Shown: positions 18,951 through 29,308 of the stretch, piece after piece
Layout of the letters: every line of letters begins with the position of its first letter
Numbering within the stretch: the stretch's first letter is position 1
Assembly (NCBI GenBank): GCA_965371625.1
Contig: CBDUZE010000001.1
Coordinates: 71,320-135,319 of the forward strand
Length of the DNA stretch: 64,000 nucleotides
Reading direction: 5' to 3'
Source of the DNA: an uncultured Alphaproteobacteria bacterium
Lineage (GTDB): Bacteria; Pseudomonadota; Alphaproteobacteria; CBDUZE01
Translations under genes and position numbers: made by a program
Notes under the pieces: generated by a model
Told to the model about the DNA's origin: nothing
Databases searched by the model: none
Seen by the model: only the letters and a program-made list of their open reading frames with translations

Positions 18951-20213
18951 TCAAAAGCGGTCGACGCGGAATGGCGCGATGTCGATCGTCGGCGGCCGCC
19001 CCGCCACCAGGTCGGCGATCAGGCGCCCGGTCATGGGCGCCCCGCTGAGGCCGGTATGGCCATGGCCGAAGGCGTAGTAGGTCGACGGATAATGGGGTGA
19101 GCGGCCGATCACCGGCAGGGTGTCGGGGAGCGAGGGACGGTGACCCATCCACTCCGACACGTTGTCCGCGTCGAGGTCGGGAAACATGCGCTTGCCCCGC
19201 TCGAGCAGGCTCCGCGCGCGGCGGTAATCGGGCGCCGCCTCGAGGCCCGCGAACTCGACCGTACCGGCGAACCTCAGGCCCGGCGCCATGGGCGTGGTCA
19301 TGAACTTGCGCTCGGCCCACATGATGCTGAGCCGCGGCGAGACCCCGGGATCGGCGACCGTGACGTGATAGCCGCGGTGACTTTCGAGCGGCACCCGGCT
19401 GCCCAGCTGCCGGGCCAGCAGATGGGACCAGGCGCCCGCCGCCACCACCAGGGTCTCGACCTCGAGCTCGCCGCCATCGGTCTTGAGATGGGTCGGACCC
19501 TCGGCGCCGATCTCGAAACCGGTGACCTGGCGGCGCAGGATGGTGCCGCCATCGAGGGCGAAGCGGTCGGCGAGCAGCTGCACCAGACGGAAGGGATCGA
19601 GGCAATGGCCGTGCTCGGGCAGCAGCACACCGCGGGCGAAGATCGGCGCCAGGGCGGGCTCGCGCTGGCGGATCTGCTCGCCCTTCAGAATCTCGATCGG
19701 GATGCCGCGGGCCTGGCGCAGCGCCCAGGCGCCGGCATCCTTCCGGTAGGCCGCCTCGGAGCCATAGACGTAGAGCTGGCCGCTGTGCCGGATCAGGCTC
19801 TCCGCCCCCGCCGCCTTGAACAGGGGCGCGTAGCTCTCGAAGACCTCCCGGTGCAGGGCCCAGAGCGCATCCGCCACCTCCTCGACCCGTCGCGGGTGGG
19901 CGGCGCGAACGAAGCGCAGCAACCAGGGCAGCGCCTGGGCTAGGTAGGACCAGCGGATGATCAGCGGACCCTGGGGATCGAACAGCCACCGCGGCACCTG
20001 GGACAGCACCCCCGGCATCGCCATGGGCACCACCGAGCCGGGGCTGAGCCCGCCGGCGTTACCCTTCGAGCAGCCCTCGCCCGGGGGGCCGCTGTCGACC
20101 ACCGTGACGCTATGGCCGTCGCGGAGCAGGGTGCTGGCGCAGGCGATGCCGACGATGCCGGCACCGATGACCGTGACCTTTCGGCCCTGCCCGGGTGCTG
20201 CGGTATCGCTCAT
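18951..20213 (-). CDS. FAD-dependent D-amino-acid dehydrogenase-like oxidoreductase (DadA/DAO family)
   Basis: VTVIGAGIVGIACA Rossmann motif and a DAO-family C-terminus (GHGHTGLSGAPMTGRLIADLV). Confidence 0.75.
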   Translation of the reverse strand: MSDTAAPGQGRKVTVIGAGIVGIACASTLLRDGHSVTVVDSGPPGEGCSKGNAGGLSPGSVVPMAMPGVLSQVPRWLFDPQGPLIIRWSYLAQALPWLLRFVRAAHPRRVEEVADALWALHREVFESYAPLFKAAGAESLIRHSGQLYVYGSEAAYRKDAGAWALRQARGIPIEILKGEQIRQREPALAPIFARGVLLPEHGHCLDPFRLVQLLADRFALDGGTILRRQVTGFEIGAEGPTHLKTDGGELEVETLVVAAGAWSHLLARQLGSRVPLESHRGYHVTVADPGVSPRLSIMWAERKFMTTPMAPGLRFAGTVEFAGLEAAPDYRRARSLLERGKRMFPDLDADNVSEWMGHRPSLPDTLPVIGRSPHYPSTYYAFGHGHTGLSGAPMTGRLIADLVAGRPPTIDIAPFRVDRF

Positions 20214-20229
20214 GCCGCCCCCCTTATTC

Positions 20230-21240
20230 CTACCCCTGGTCCCAGACGATGGCCTGGCGGCTCGTCGGCGGCGCCGCCCAGGCGCCCTCGAGCTCGCGCC
20301 AGGGCCAGGCCGTGACGTGGGTGAGGCCCTGGGGAAGAATGCCCGAGGCCACCAGGTGGACGGCCTCGGCGAAGTCGCGCGGGGTCTTGCCCAGCGAGCC
20401 GACGATGGTCGCCTCGGGCTGGATCAGGAGGCCGTACGGGTTGTCGAGGTCGAGGACGATGCGATCGGTGGTGCCGAGCACCGCCACCGTCCCCGCCGGC
20501 GCCAAGAGCTCGAGCGCCAGCGCGATCGACTCGCCGGTGCCCATGCAGTCGTAGACCGCGGCGGCGGCGCGCCGCTCGAGCGACGATCCCGATTCGAGGA
20601 GCTCGATGCCGAGCTCACCGGCCACGCGCCGGTGCGCGGAAGCCGGGTCGATGGCGCTCAGCTCGAGGCCCGGATAAAGCGCGGATGCCACCGCGGCGAT
20701 GGCGCTGCCGTGTCGGCCGAAGCCGATGACCACCGCCCTCTCGCCGGCCACCAGGGGGGCCTTGCGGACCATGTGAACCGCGGTCGCGACCTCGGTGATC
20801 ATGGTCGCCGTCACGGCATCGACCTCCCCCGGCAATCGAAACAGGCTCGACGCCGGCACCGCGACCCGTTCGGCGAAGCCGCCGGGGAGGCCGCTGTCGA
20901 TGCCGAGCAGGCGGTGCCGCGAACAGACGTTCTGGCGGCCGGCGAGGCAGCGGGCGCAGTGGCCGCAGAAGAGCACGCCATTGACCACTACCCGCTCGCC
21001 GGCGCTCCAACCGTGGCCCTCATCGAGCACCTCGCCCACCAGGCTGAAGCCGGGGACGTGGGGGTAGTCGAAGGGGCCCGGGTGATAGCGTTGCCGCCGT
21101 CCCGAGGCGACCAGTCGCTCGGCCGTGCCGACGCCGCAGGCCGCCACCCGCAGCACAATCTGGTCCGCTCCGGGCGTGGGCTCGGGCGCCTCGCCGAGCT
21201 TCGGTACCTCAGCCGCGCGCTGCAAGAGCCAGGCGTGCAT
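20230..21240 (-). CDS. Zinc-dependent alcohol dehydrogenase (MDR family)
   Basis: GHEGWSAG-like catalytic Zn region, structural Zn cysteines CGHCARCLAGRQNVC and GFGRHG NAD(P) motif. Confidence 0.75.
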   Translation of the reverse strand: MHAWLLQRAAEVPKLGEAPEPTPGADQIVLRVAACGVGTAERLVASGRRQRYHPGPFDYPHVPGFSLVGEVLDEGHGWSAGERVVVNGVLFCGHCARCLAGRQNVCSRHRLLGIDSGLPGGFAERVAVPASSLFRLPGEVDAVTATMITEVATAVHMVRKAPLVAGERAVVIGFGRHGSAIAAVASALYPGLELSAIDPASAHRRVAGELGIELLESGSSLERRAAAAVYDCMGTGESIALALELLAPAGTVAVLGTTDRIVLDLDNPYGLLIQPEATIVGSLGKTPRDFAEAVHLVASGILPQGLTHVTAWPWRELEGAWAAPPTSRQAIVWDQG

Positions 21241-21265
21241 GAACGCATCCCCCCTCGGTCGCGGG

Positions 21266-21577
21266 TCAGGCCTCGGACGCGGCCAGGGCCTCCACGGTCA
21301 CCGCCAGGTGGCGCTTGACCGGCGGGATGGCGAACAGGGGCTCGAACTTCTTGAAGGTATCCTCGAACTCCTCGCCGGTCTCGCTCGCCAGCAGGTCGGC
21401 CTTGGTCTCGAACCAGACCACCGAAGCGCCTTCGCCGCTGCTCTCGTCGGTGAGGAACAGCGCCCCCCGGAAGCCGTTGAGCGCCCGCAGCCCCGGCACC
21501 ACCAGCTCGTGCCACAGCGCCTCGGCGTCGGCGATCTTGCCATCCTTGAACTGAACGGTGACGTGTCGAGCATGCAT
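21266..21577 (-). CDS. Small ABM (antibiotic-biosynthesis-monooxygenase/Dabb-like) domain protein
   Basis: 103-aa ORF with ferredoxin-like ABM pattern, co-directional with the upstream operon. Weak assignment. Confidence 0.45.
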   Translation of the reverse strand: MHARHVTVQFKDGKIADAEALWHELVVPGLRALNGFRGALFLTDESSGEGASVVWFETKADLLASETGEEFEDTFKKFEPLFAIPPVKRHLAVTVEALAASEA

Positions 21578-21610
21578 GATCGCACCTCCTTAGCTAACGC
21601 CGGGAGCGGT

Positions 21611-23431
21611 TTAGGTTCTGCTCGTGCGCCGCTGGGTATATTCCGCCAACAGGATCACCACCGTGACGAAGATCAGGATCACGGTCGAGACCGCGAGCAC
21701 GGTCGGACTCACCTTCAAGAGGGCGTCGGTCCACATCTGCTTGGGCAAGGTGGTGGCGCTGCCGCCGCTGACGAAGAGGGCGATGGTGAGCTCGTCGAAC
21801 GAGGTCACGAAGGCGAACAGGAAGGCCGCGATCAGCCCCGGCTGGATCAAGGGGAAGGTGATGTGCCAAAGGGTGCGGGGCTTGCTCGCGCCCAAACTCC
21901 AGGCGGCGTGGTCGAGCCGCTCGTCGTAGTTCTTGAGCACCGCCATCACCGTCACCACCACGAAGGGCACCGCCAGCACGGTATGGCCCAGCACCAGGCC
22001 GATGGAGGTGCCCACCAGGCCGACGCGGGCGTAGAGGTAAAAGATGGCGATGGCGATGATGATACGCGGGACGATGAGCGGCGAGAGGATGAAGGCGAGC
22101 GCCGCGGTGCGGCCGATGAGGCGCTGGCGCGCCAGCACGAAGGCGGCCGGCACGCCGATGATCATCGACAGCGTGGCGGCGAAGAGCCCGACCAGGAACG
22201 AGCGGATCATCGCCCCCACCCAGATGTCCGACGAGAGGAAGCGTTCGTACCACTCGAAGGTGAAGCCCTTGATCGGCCACTCGATGAACACGTTCTCGCT
22301 GAACGAGACCGGCACGACGAAGAACGAGGGCGCCGCCAGGTAGAAAATCACCGCCATCGCCACTACCCAGAGCACCCAGCGCGAGGTCTGGCGCCGCGGC
22401 CGCTCGGGACGGATGGGGCGGATCTTCTCCACCAGCTCGCCGAACAGGTCGCTGACCCAGCCCAGCGCGGCGATGATATAGCCGCCGAGCCACGAGCCCA
22501 GCCTTCCGATCGGGTTGTCGGCCGCCCCCACCGTCTTTTCCGAAGCCGCCGAGCTGCCCGCCAGCGTCGACATGCCGAGCATGCGGTCGTAGACGTAGAA
22601 GACGATCAGCGCGGTGACCAAGAGCAGTACCGCGACGGCGCCCGCGAAGCCCCAGTTCAGGAGCTCCTCGACCTGCTCGATGATGACCTGGGCGATCATG
22701 ATCTCGCGGCCGCTGCCCAAGAGCGCCGGGGTGATGAAGAAGCCCAGCGCGGTGATGAAAACGAGCAGACCGCCGGCTGCGGCGCCGGGCAGCGAGAGCG
22801 GGAAATAGATGCGCCAGAACGCCTGTCCGCCGCGCGCGCCCAAGGTCGCGGCGGCCTTCGGCAGGTTGGCGTCGATGGTCTGCATGACCGCCAGCATGGT
22901 GAGCACGGCGAGCGGCATCAGCGCGTGGACCATGCCGATCATGACGCCGGCGAAGTTGTAGATCAGCCCCAACGGCGCATCGGTTATGCCCAGATCCTGA
23001 AGCCAGGTGTTGAGCGTCCCGTGGCGCCCCAGCAGCACGATCCAGGCGAAGGTCCGCACCAGGAAGCTGGTCCAGAACGGCATCAGCACCCAGAGGATGA
23101 GGGTGTTGCGGCGGCGCTCGGTGGTGGTGGCCAGCAGATAGGCCACCGGATAGCCGGCGAGGACGGCGATCACGGTGGTCCAGGCGGCGATGCGAAAGGT
23201 GATGCCGAGCACCTTCACGTAGGTGGTCCGGGCGAACAGCTTGGCGAAGTGGACGTCGGAGATCTCGCCCGCCCGATCGACCAGGCTGAGCCACAACAGC
23301 TGGACCACCGGGTAGAGGAACAGGAAGCCGAGGTAGATCAGCAGCGGCAGCAGCGGCCAGGCCGCGAACCAGGCCGGGCGGCGGCGATAGATCTTGCCGG
23401 TGTCGGGCCCGATTTCGCTGATCGCGGTCAT
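21611..23431 (-). CDS. Fused ABC transporter permease (PotB-like plus PotC-like domains, polyamine/opine type)
   Basis: Internal Met MTAISEIGPD of ORF 21611..24343, overlapping the ATPase stop. Continuous ~606-aa frame holding two binding-protein-dependent transport permease domains. Confidence 0.7.
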   Translation of the reverse strand: MTAISEIGPDTGKIYRRRPAWFAAWPLLPLLIYLGFLFLYPVVQLLWLSLVDRAGEISDVHFAKLFARTTYVKVLGITFRIAAWTTVIAVLAGYPVAYLLATTTERRRNTLILWVLMPFWTSFLVRTFAWIVLLGRHGTLNTWLQDLGITDAPLGLIYNFAGVMIGMVHALMPLAVLTMLAVMQTIDANLPKAAATLGARGGQAFWRIYFPLSLPGAAAGGLLVFITALGFFITPALLGSGREIMIAQVIIEQVEELLNWGFAGAVAVLLLVTALIVFYVYDRMLGMSTLAGSSAASEKTVGAADNPIGRLGSWLGGYIIAALGWVSDLFGELVEKIRPIRPERPRRQTSRWVLWVVAMAVIFYLAAPSFFVVPVSFSENVFIEWPIKGFTFEWYERFLSSDIWVGAMIRSFLVGLFAATLSMIIGVPAAFVLARQRLIGRTAALAFILSPLIVPRIIIAIAIFYLYARVGLVGTSIGLVLGHTVLAVPFVVVTVMAVLKNYDERLDHAAWSLGASKPRTLWHITFPLIQPGLIAAFLFAFVTSFDELTIALFVSGGSATTLPKQMWTDALLKVSPTVLAVSTVILIFVTVVILLAEYTQRRTSRT

Positions 23432-24534
23432 GGGCGGGCGCCCGAAGAGCGCTCGGGCAACAGCACCGTGCAGTCCTCGGACCAGCCCAGGCGGACCTCG
23501 GCCCCGGGCTCCAGCGATGGCGCGTCGACCCGGGTGAGCCGGGTGGCGGAAACCACGGTATCGTCGGCGAGCCTGGCGTAATACTTGGTGACCTGTCCGA
23601 TCAGGATGATGTCCTCCAACGTGGCATCGACCACGTTGGGCGCTTCTTCCCCATCGTCGAGCAGGCGGACGTTCTCGGGCCGGACCATGAACTTGAGGCG
23701 CTCCCCCTCGCGCAGCTCGCCGCGGGGAAGGGCGCGGATCGGCACCTCCGCCGGGCCGCGCAAGTGGACCACGTTGCCGTCCACGGACGCCACCGTGCCA
23801 TCGAGAAGGTTGGACTCGCCGAGGAAATCGGCGGCGAAGACGGTCTGGGGACGGAAATAGAGGTCGTCGGGCGTGCCCAGCTGCTCGATCCGGCCCGCGT
23901 TCATGAGGCAGATGCGGTCGGAAATGACCAACGCCTCCTCCTGGTCGTGGGTGACGTAGAGCACGGTGATGCCGAGCCGCATGTGGAGATGTTTGATCTC
24001 GAGCTGCATCTGGTCGCGCAGCTTCTTGTCGAGCGCCCCCAGCGGCTCGTCCATCAGGATGATCGAGGGCTGGTAAACGATGCAGCGGGCGAGCGCGATG
24101 CGTTGCTGCTGTCCGCCCGAGAGCTGTCGGGGCAGCCGATCCGCGACCTCGGGCAATTGCACCATGTCGAGCACCTGCCCCACCTCCTCGGCGATGGCGG
24201 CGTCGGACAGCTTCCGCATGCGCAGGGGAAAGGCGATGTTCTCGTAGACGCTGAGGTGGGGAAACAGGGCGTAGTTCTGGAACACCATGCCGATGTCGCG
24301 TTTGTTGGCCGGCATGTAGGTGCACAGCCGGTCGCCGATCCACAGATCGCCGCTGTCGGGCTGAACCAGGCCGGCGATTATCAACAGCATGGTGGTCTTG
24401 CCCGAGCCCGAGGGGCCGAGCAAGGTGAGGAGCTCGCCCTCGCGCAAGTCGAGGTCGGCCCCGGCGAGGGCGACCACCGGACCATAGGTCTTGCGCAGAT
24501 CGCGAATGCGTAGCTTGTGGGCTGGTTCGGTCAC
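23428..24534 (-). CDS. ABC transporter ATP-binding protein (PotA/PotG-like)
   Basis: Walker A GPSGSGKTT, signature LSGGQQQRIALARC, Walker B ILMDEPLGALD and a C-terminal TOBE-like domain. Confidence 0.85.
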   Translation of the reverse strand: MTEPAHKLRIRDLRKTYGPVVALAGADLDLREGELLTLLGPSGSGKTTMLLIIAGLVQPDSGDLWIGDRLCTYMPANKRDIGMVFQNYALFPHLSVYENIAFPLRMRKLSDAAIAEEVGQVLDMVQLPEVADRLPRQLSGGQQQRIALARCIVYQPSIILMDEPLGALDKKLRDQMQLEIKHLHMRLGITVLYVTHDQEEALVISDRICLMNAGRIEQLGTPDDLYFRPQTVFAADFLGESNLLDGTVASVDGNVVHLRGPAEVPIRALPRGELREGERLKFMVRPENVRLLDDGEEAPNVVDATLEDIILIGQVTKYYARLADDTVVSATRLTRVDAPSLEPGAEVRLGWSEDCTVLLPERSSGARP

Positions 24535-24636
24535 GCCAACCTCCCCTGAGGCGGTCTAAATCAACTTAACAAAAAGAAAGAGCGCCGGTGCGGAAGGATC
24601 CGCACCCGCGCTCTAATCCTTGACCAAGACCGCTGG

Positions 24637-25749
24637 TTACGAAAGCAGCCAGTCGTTGAACAGCTCCATCCCCTCGTCCTTGTGCTTGCCCCAGAACACC
24701 GAGTCGATCGCGGTCGTCTTGGCGAAGTTCTGCGGCGACGTCGGCAGCACCGCGGCCCGCTCGGCGGGGATGGTGTCGTAGGCCCCCGGATTGGTCGGGC
24801 CATAGGCCAGCCACTTGGTATGGGTGGCCTGGCGCTTGGCGTTGGCGCAGAAGGCGGCGAACTTGCGGCAGGCGTCGATGTTGGGCCCGTCGCGCAGGAT
24901 GCACATGCCCTCGTAGCTCCACAGCGCCTGGTTCCAGGACACGGTGACCGGCGCCCCGGCATCGATCGCCGCCTGGGAACGGCCGTTCCAAGTCGGGCAG
25001 ATATCGACCTCGTGGGTCTTGAGCAACTGCGAGGTCTGAGCGCCGCCGGTCCACCAAATGTCGATGTCGGGCTTGATCTTGTTGAGACTCTTGAGCGCCC
25101 GCGGGAAGTCGCAGGGATAGACCTCCGAGGACGGCACGCCATCGGCCATGAGCGCCTGTTCGATGGTGTCGAAGGCGTGCTTGCGCATCGCCCGGCGACC
25201 CGGAATGCCCTTGACGTCCCACATGTCCTTCCAGCCCCCGGTCGGCGCCGGCGCGGTCTTGGGGTAGACGTCGGTGCGATAGGCGAGAATCGTCGCATAG
25301 ACGTCGATGCCCATCATGTAGGGCGTGCGGAAGTGGCTGGGAATTTGCTGGACGTCCGGATCGTCGTCGATCCCCAGCTTCGTCAAGTAACCCGCCGCCA
25401 CCAGCAGGTTATGGGCCGAGATGCTCAAGTGGGCCATGTCCCAGGTGTAGCTCCCGGTGTCGACCATCGACTTGATCTGGGCGGTGGGCTCGTGCTTGCC
25501 GGCCACCCCGACGATCTCGATCTCGCCCTTCATCATCTCGTTGAAGGGCTTGTAATAGGCGTTTCCGAAGGCGTCCACGTAGGGACCGCCAGGGTCGCGA
25601 ACGGTGATCTTGACCGCCGCCCGGGCCTTGCGCGGAAGCAGGACCGTCGGAAATGCCATCACCGCCGCGCCGGCGCTCGCGACCTTGAGCACCCGACGAC
25701 GGCTCACGGTGAGCTTACGGGATTTGTCGGTTTTCATTTCCTTTGCCAT
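24637..25749 (-). CDS. Periplasmic substrate-binding protein (PotD/PotF-like, Tat-type signal)
   Basis: SRRRVLKVASAGAAVMAF twin-arginine signal followed by an SBP fold. First gene of SBP-ATPase-permease operon. Confidence 0.8.
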   Translation of the reverse strand: MAKEMKTDKSRKLTVSRRRVLKVASAGAAVMAFPTVLLPRKARAAVKITVRDPGGPYVDAFGNAYYKPFNEMMKGEIEIVGVAGKHEPTAQIKSMVDTGSYTWDMAHLSISAHNLLVAAGYLTKLGIDDDPDVQQIPSHFRTPYMMGIDVYATILAYRTDVYPKTAPAPTGGWKDMWDVKGIPGRRAMRKHAFDTIEQALMADGVPSSEVYPCDFPRALKSLNKIKPDIDIWWTGGAQTSQLLKTHEVDICPTWNGRSQAAIDAGAPVTVSWNQALWSYEGMCILRDGPNIDACRKFAAFCANAKRQATHTKWLAYGPTNPGAYDTIPAERAAVLPTSPQNFAKTTAIDSVFWGKHKDEGMELFNDWLLS

Positions 25750-26179
25750 CGCGTCTCCTCCCTCATCAGAATTGACCTCGGGCGGCCGGCCGGCCCCCGA
25801 CGCCGCTCTCAGCTACATATCCTCTCACTATCGGAAGCCGGTTGCCCCCCCGGTTCAAGGCCGCGACACGAGCGGATTCGTTTGCGCCGCACCGCACCTT
25901 TTACTGGCTCCTCTCCGCCACCACAATCACGCGTTCCACCCTTGCCGTTGCAAGCGCGCCACGTGCGCCACGGTGGGGACGATCATAGTAACGACCTGCC
26001 CTCCCTGCGGCAACTTGCGTCGTCACGCGGTTATTCGCTTCCTGGTTATTCCGTGTCTCGATGTGCTCTGCCTGCGTGATCCGGCGCGCGCGGCGACGCG
26101 GGCTCATTTGCCGATTGGCCCTGGGGGGTGCTCGCGCCGGCCCCCGGAGCGCCGTCGCCCGCACATGCGGACCACGGGA

Positions 26180-27148
26180 TCACAGCGGCAGGACGGTTCC
26201 GAGGCCCCGGCTTCTCGCCGCCTCGAAGACCAGCGCGGCCACCGCGAGATCGGCCACGGCGGCGCCCTGAAAGATCAGCATCGAGCGCTCCCCGGGCGCC
26301 CGAGGTCCGGCTTGCACGCCCGTCGCCAGCTCATAAAGGTCGGCATGGAACGGCCCCGGGTAGGCCAATCGCCGGGCACCGCCGGTCCCGTGGCGGCGGT
26401 CGTCGACGACCACGCGCTCGATGCCGTCGAGCCCCTCCGGGCGCCAGCAGCGGCCGAGATCGACCAGGCTGGCGAAGGCGCCGGCGGCGAGCCATTCGGC
26501 CTCCAGGAAGGGCTCGAGACCAGGGCTGTCGGGGACGCTGGTGACGACGATGTCGAGGCCGGCAACGGCGTCGCGCGGGTCGGTCACCGCAACCGCCGCC
26601 AGGCCCTGGGCGCGGGCCTCGGCGGCGAATGCCTCGGCGGTCTCCGGGCGGCGGCTGAAGCCGCGCACCCGGGTGATGGGGAAGAGTTCGCCGAGTGCCG
26701 CGAGATGGCTGCGCGCCTGCCGCCCGCAGGCCACGAAGCCGATGCTCGCGCTCTCCGGCCTGGCCAGCCGGCGCGCCGCCACCGCGGTCATCGCCGCCGT
26801 GCGCACGGCGGTGATCCAGGTGCCGTCCATGACCGCCACCGGAACCGCGGTCGCGGCGTCGACCAGGACCACCAGCGCGCTGACGTGGGGCAGCCCGCGG
26901 GCGGCGTTGTCGGGCCCCACGCCCACCGTCTTGACCACCGCGAAGGGCGGTTCCTCGGCGGCGGCGATCATCGCCTGCACCAGCCGCCCGTCTCCGGGAT
27001 CGAAGCTCAGCTTGGGAAGGTTGACGACGCCGGCGCCGGGCTTGGCGCCGAACATGCGCTCGACCGCCCTGTTGGCGGCGGCGGCGGAGATCTCCAGCGC
27101 CCCGACATCGGCTTGCGAGAGATAGAGGATGTCCTTGCCGAGCTCCAT
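26180..27148 (-). CDS. Ornithine cyclodeaminase/mu-crystallin family protein (possible pyrroline-2-carboxylate reductase)
   Basis: OCD/mu-crystallin family pattern with NAD-binding GFVACGRQARSHLAAL. Start chosen at MELGKDILYL. Confidence 0.7.
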   Translation of the reverse strand: MELGKDILYLSQADVGALEISAAAANRAVERMFGAKPGAGVVNLPKLSFDPGDGRLVQAMIAAAEEPPFAVVKTVGVGPDNAARGLPHVSALVVLVDAATAVPVAVMDGTWITAVRTAAMTAVAARRLARPESASIGFVACGRQARSHLAALGELFPITRVRGFSRRPETAEAFAAEARAQGLAAVAVTDPRDAVAGLDIVVTSVPDSPGLEPFLEAEWLAAGAFASLVDLGRCWRPEGLDGIERVVVDDRRHGTGGARRLAYPGPFHADLYELATGVQAGPRAPGERSMLIFQGAAVADLAVAALVFEAARSRGLGTVLPL

Positions 27149-27254
27149 CGCGGCTCCCCTGAGGTGGCGGCGGGCCATCACTTTCGGCGCCCGGCGCCGC
27201 CGCGGTCAAGACCGAGACGCTGGGCGGCGCCCTCCGCGCGCTGGCAAAGCCCAG

Positions 27255-27270
27255 CCGCTGTTACCTATAC
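27255..27270. repeat. 16-bp motif CCGCTGTTACCTATAC, copy 1 (promoter region of the ocd-like gene)
   Basis: Identical 16-mer recurs at 30433-30448; the two copies bracket the AT-rich island. Confidence 0.6.
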
Positions 27271-27731
27271 AGCCCTGGTCGTCGCCGAGGATGCGCTCGA
27301 GGCCGTCGAGGGCGCTGCTGCTGCGGTGGCCCGTCACCTCCTCGACGTGGGCAAGGGCCTGCCCGAGCCCGACCGCGAAACGCGAGACGGTCGACGACGA
27401 CGGGCTGCTGGTCCTTACCGCATCCCAGGCGGACGAGGCGATGGCGGGCGCATAATCGGTTGCGACGGGCACGGCGATGCCGTGCGTTTGGCGCCGTCGG
27501 GCAGGGCGACCATGGGGCTCTTCATGGCGGCCTCGAGTCGGCGCGGCGATGCCGCGTTACCCTGCCCCTCCGGCCTTCATTCCTGGAATAGACCTGGTAA
27601 TGGGCTCGGCCCAGGTCATGTCGGCGATGCCGGCGCCCCGCCATTTATGGCGGCAGCTGTCCTCCCGGATCGAGTTGGGCTAGCGATGTGAGCCCGACGC
27701 CCGTCGCCGCCGAAGCCGTGCGCGCTCGGCC

Positions 27732-27983
27732 TCAGTCTCTCAGCAGGAACAATAGCGCGATGACTACACCAATGATCCAAACCCATGTCGGGACAAGCTT
27801 TGTCGCCTGCGGTGCACGTTCGATTTTAGGCGTCGCCTCCTGTAGCCATGCCCGCAGCTCATTAAGCTCCTGACTGATTGCGTCCAGATCATCGGTGTCC
27901 CGTTCGTCTAGAGCGCGGCCGATCTGACCGACCTTATCATTTAAGGTGGCGATTTTCTCAAATGTCTTGTCAATAGTTTCCAT
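27732..27983 (-). CDS. Small tail-anchored membrane protein (coiled-coil N-terminus, single C-terminal TM helix)
   Basis: 83-aa ORF in the AT-rich island, immediately downstream of and co-directional with the 391-aa gene. C-terminal LVPTWVWIIGVVIALLFLL hydrophobic helix. Confidence 0.5.
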   Translation of the reverse strand: METIDKTFEKIATLNDKVGQIGRALDERDTDDLDAISQELNELRAWLQEATPKIERAPQATKLVPTWVWIIGVVIALLFLLRD

Positions 27984-28019
27984 CTTATTTTCTGTGTGCT
28001 CTAATCCATGTAAATCTCC

Positions 28020-29195
28020 TTATACTTCGGAGTCAACACCCATAGATTCACTTATCTTGTCTATCTTCTTTTCTAGACGGCGAATTATTGCGTTGGGCGA
28101 ACTGCTGTACTCCTCATCCTCGTCTCGGAACCAATCAGGGTGCTCTCGTCTCTTTCGTTCTTCGGCCCACCGAAGGGCGTTTGGAGCGTTCATCCCGCTG
28201 TGCGGATCAGGAACCTCCCAGGCGAGATCGCTCAGCCGTCTGCGGTTATCATCCGATCTCCATAGACGGTCATTTTCGACGATGGCAACGAAGCCCTCCT
28301 CTCCATCTCGTTCTACGAACTTAGGCCAGTCTTCAAATTTCGAGGGTTCAAAACGACGATAAAAAGACTCTCTAACAGCGAAGTCATCGGAATTCAGTAG
28401 ACTGGCGTCGGGTTTTAGAGTATCCGCGATTCGTGAGCGAAGAAAGTATGAGTATGCCAATGAATGCTTTTCATCGTCGCGCTCCTCTTCAATGCGCCAA
28501 CGTGCGATGACAGTCTCTGGCTCCTTATAACTGACGGGTAGAGAGGTTTTTCGAAGCAGCTCATAAAGAGCGCTTGCGCGCAATTGGTCGGCAGGCAGGG
28601 TCCTCGCGAGTTCCCAAGCGAGCGAGAACACCCTCCCATGGCTATACTCAGCCCAGCCGTCGAGAATCCGATCGTCATACGACTTCGACATCCGTGGGTT
28701 ACCCCCCAGCCACATAAGCATGTGAAGATACTGGTTTTCGGAGAGTTCAGCGAACTCCTCCTTTTTCTCCAGCAGATGCTCCAGAGCGGTGTCATCAAGG
28801 AACGGGTTCCTTGCAAACGCTTGGAGCTCCGCGTAGCACCCGGAGCGGATTAGCTCCTTGAGTCCGTTTTCGTCAAGCCATCCGTCACCAATAAGACGCA
28901 TGGGCTGGGCCGGACCGATGTGTGGATTCGATAACGCAGCGCAACGAACGCCAAGATTTCCACGCTTCACGACGCGCTTTATTGCGGTGATTGATTTACC
29001 AAAGCGGGCGATACCAAGGTCAATCAAAGAATCATTTCGGCGGACGAGGAGGTACTCAATCACTTTGGGGAATTCGTCCAGAATAGGTGGTTCTTCGCCG
29101 TCCGGCTGCCTATTTTCATGCAGCCAATCGTACGCCGCTTGTGACGAGCATTCGACGAGATAAGCAGCCTCAATTCTCGTTTGATATCGATCCAT
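28020..29195 (-). CDS. Hypothetical 391-aa protein (no recognisable catalytic motif; helical-repeat-like), AT-rich island
   Basis: Long uninterrupted ORF with low GC and codon usage distinct from the host. Central gene of the three-gene island. Confidence 0.6.
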   Translation of the reverse strand: MDRYQTRIEAAYLVECSSQAAYDWLHENRQPDGEEPPILDEFPKVIEYLLVRRNDSLIDLGIARFGKSITAIKRVVKRGNLGVRCAALSNPHIGPAQPMRLIGDGWLDENGLKELIRSGCYAELQAFARNPFLDDTALEHLLEKKEEFAELSENQYLHMLMWLGGNPRMSKSYDDRILDGWAEYSHGRVFSLAWELARTLPADQLRASALYELLRKTSLPVSYKEPETVIARWRIEEERDDEKHSLAYSYFLRSRIADTLKPDASLLNSDDFAVRESFYRRFEPSKFEDWPKFVERDGEEGFVAIVENDRLWRSDDNRRRLSDLAWEVPDPHSGMNAPNALRWAEERKRREHPDWFRDEDEEYSSSPNAIIRRLEKKIDKISESMGVDSEV

Positions 29196-29308
29196 CTTAG
29201 CAATGTCCTTCGCTTCTTTCGCACTTCAGCGCCGGCGCGGTGAGGACCACGATGAGCGCTGCTATGAACGCCAAACGTCTCATGCGCGGCATGGTAGCAT
29301 GCTGCTCT

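Noticed and set aside
21125-23581. 818-aa +strand ORF
   Set aside because: Antisense to the ABC permease genes. No motifs, extreme Arg/Gly/His content.
25750-26180. 430-bp intergenic region upstream of the ABC operon, examined for a small regulator gene or riboswitch
   Set aside because: Only an improbable 87-aa Arg-rich ORF. No recognisable structured RNA features by eye.
27182-27700. High-GC gap between ocd-like gene and the AT-rich island, examined for a gene remnant
   Set aside because: Only short overlapping ORFs without motifs. Retained just as the location of the 16-bp motif.
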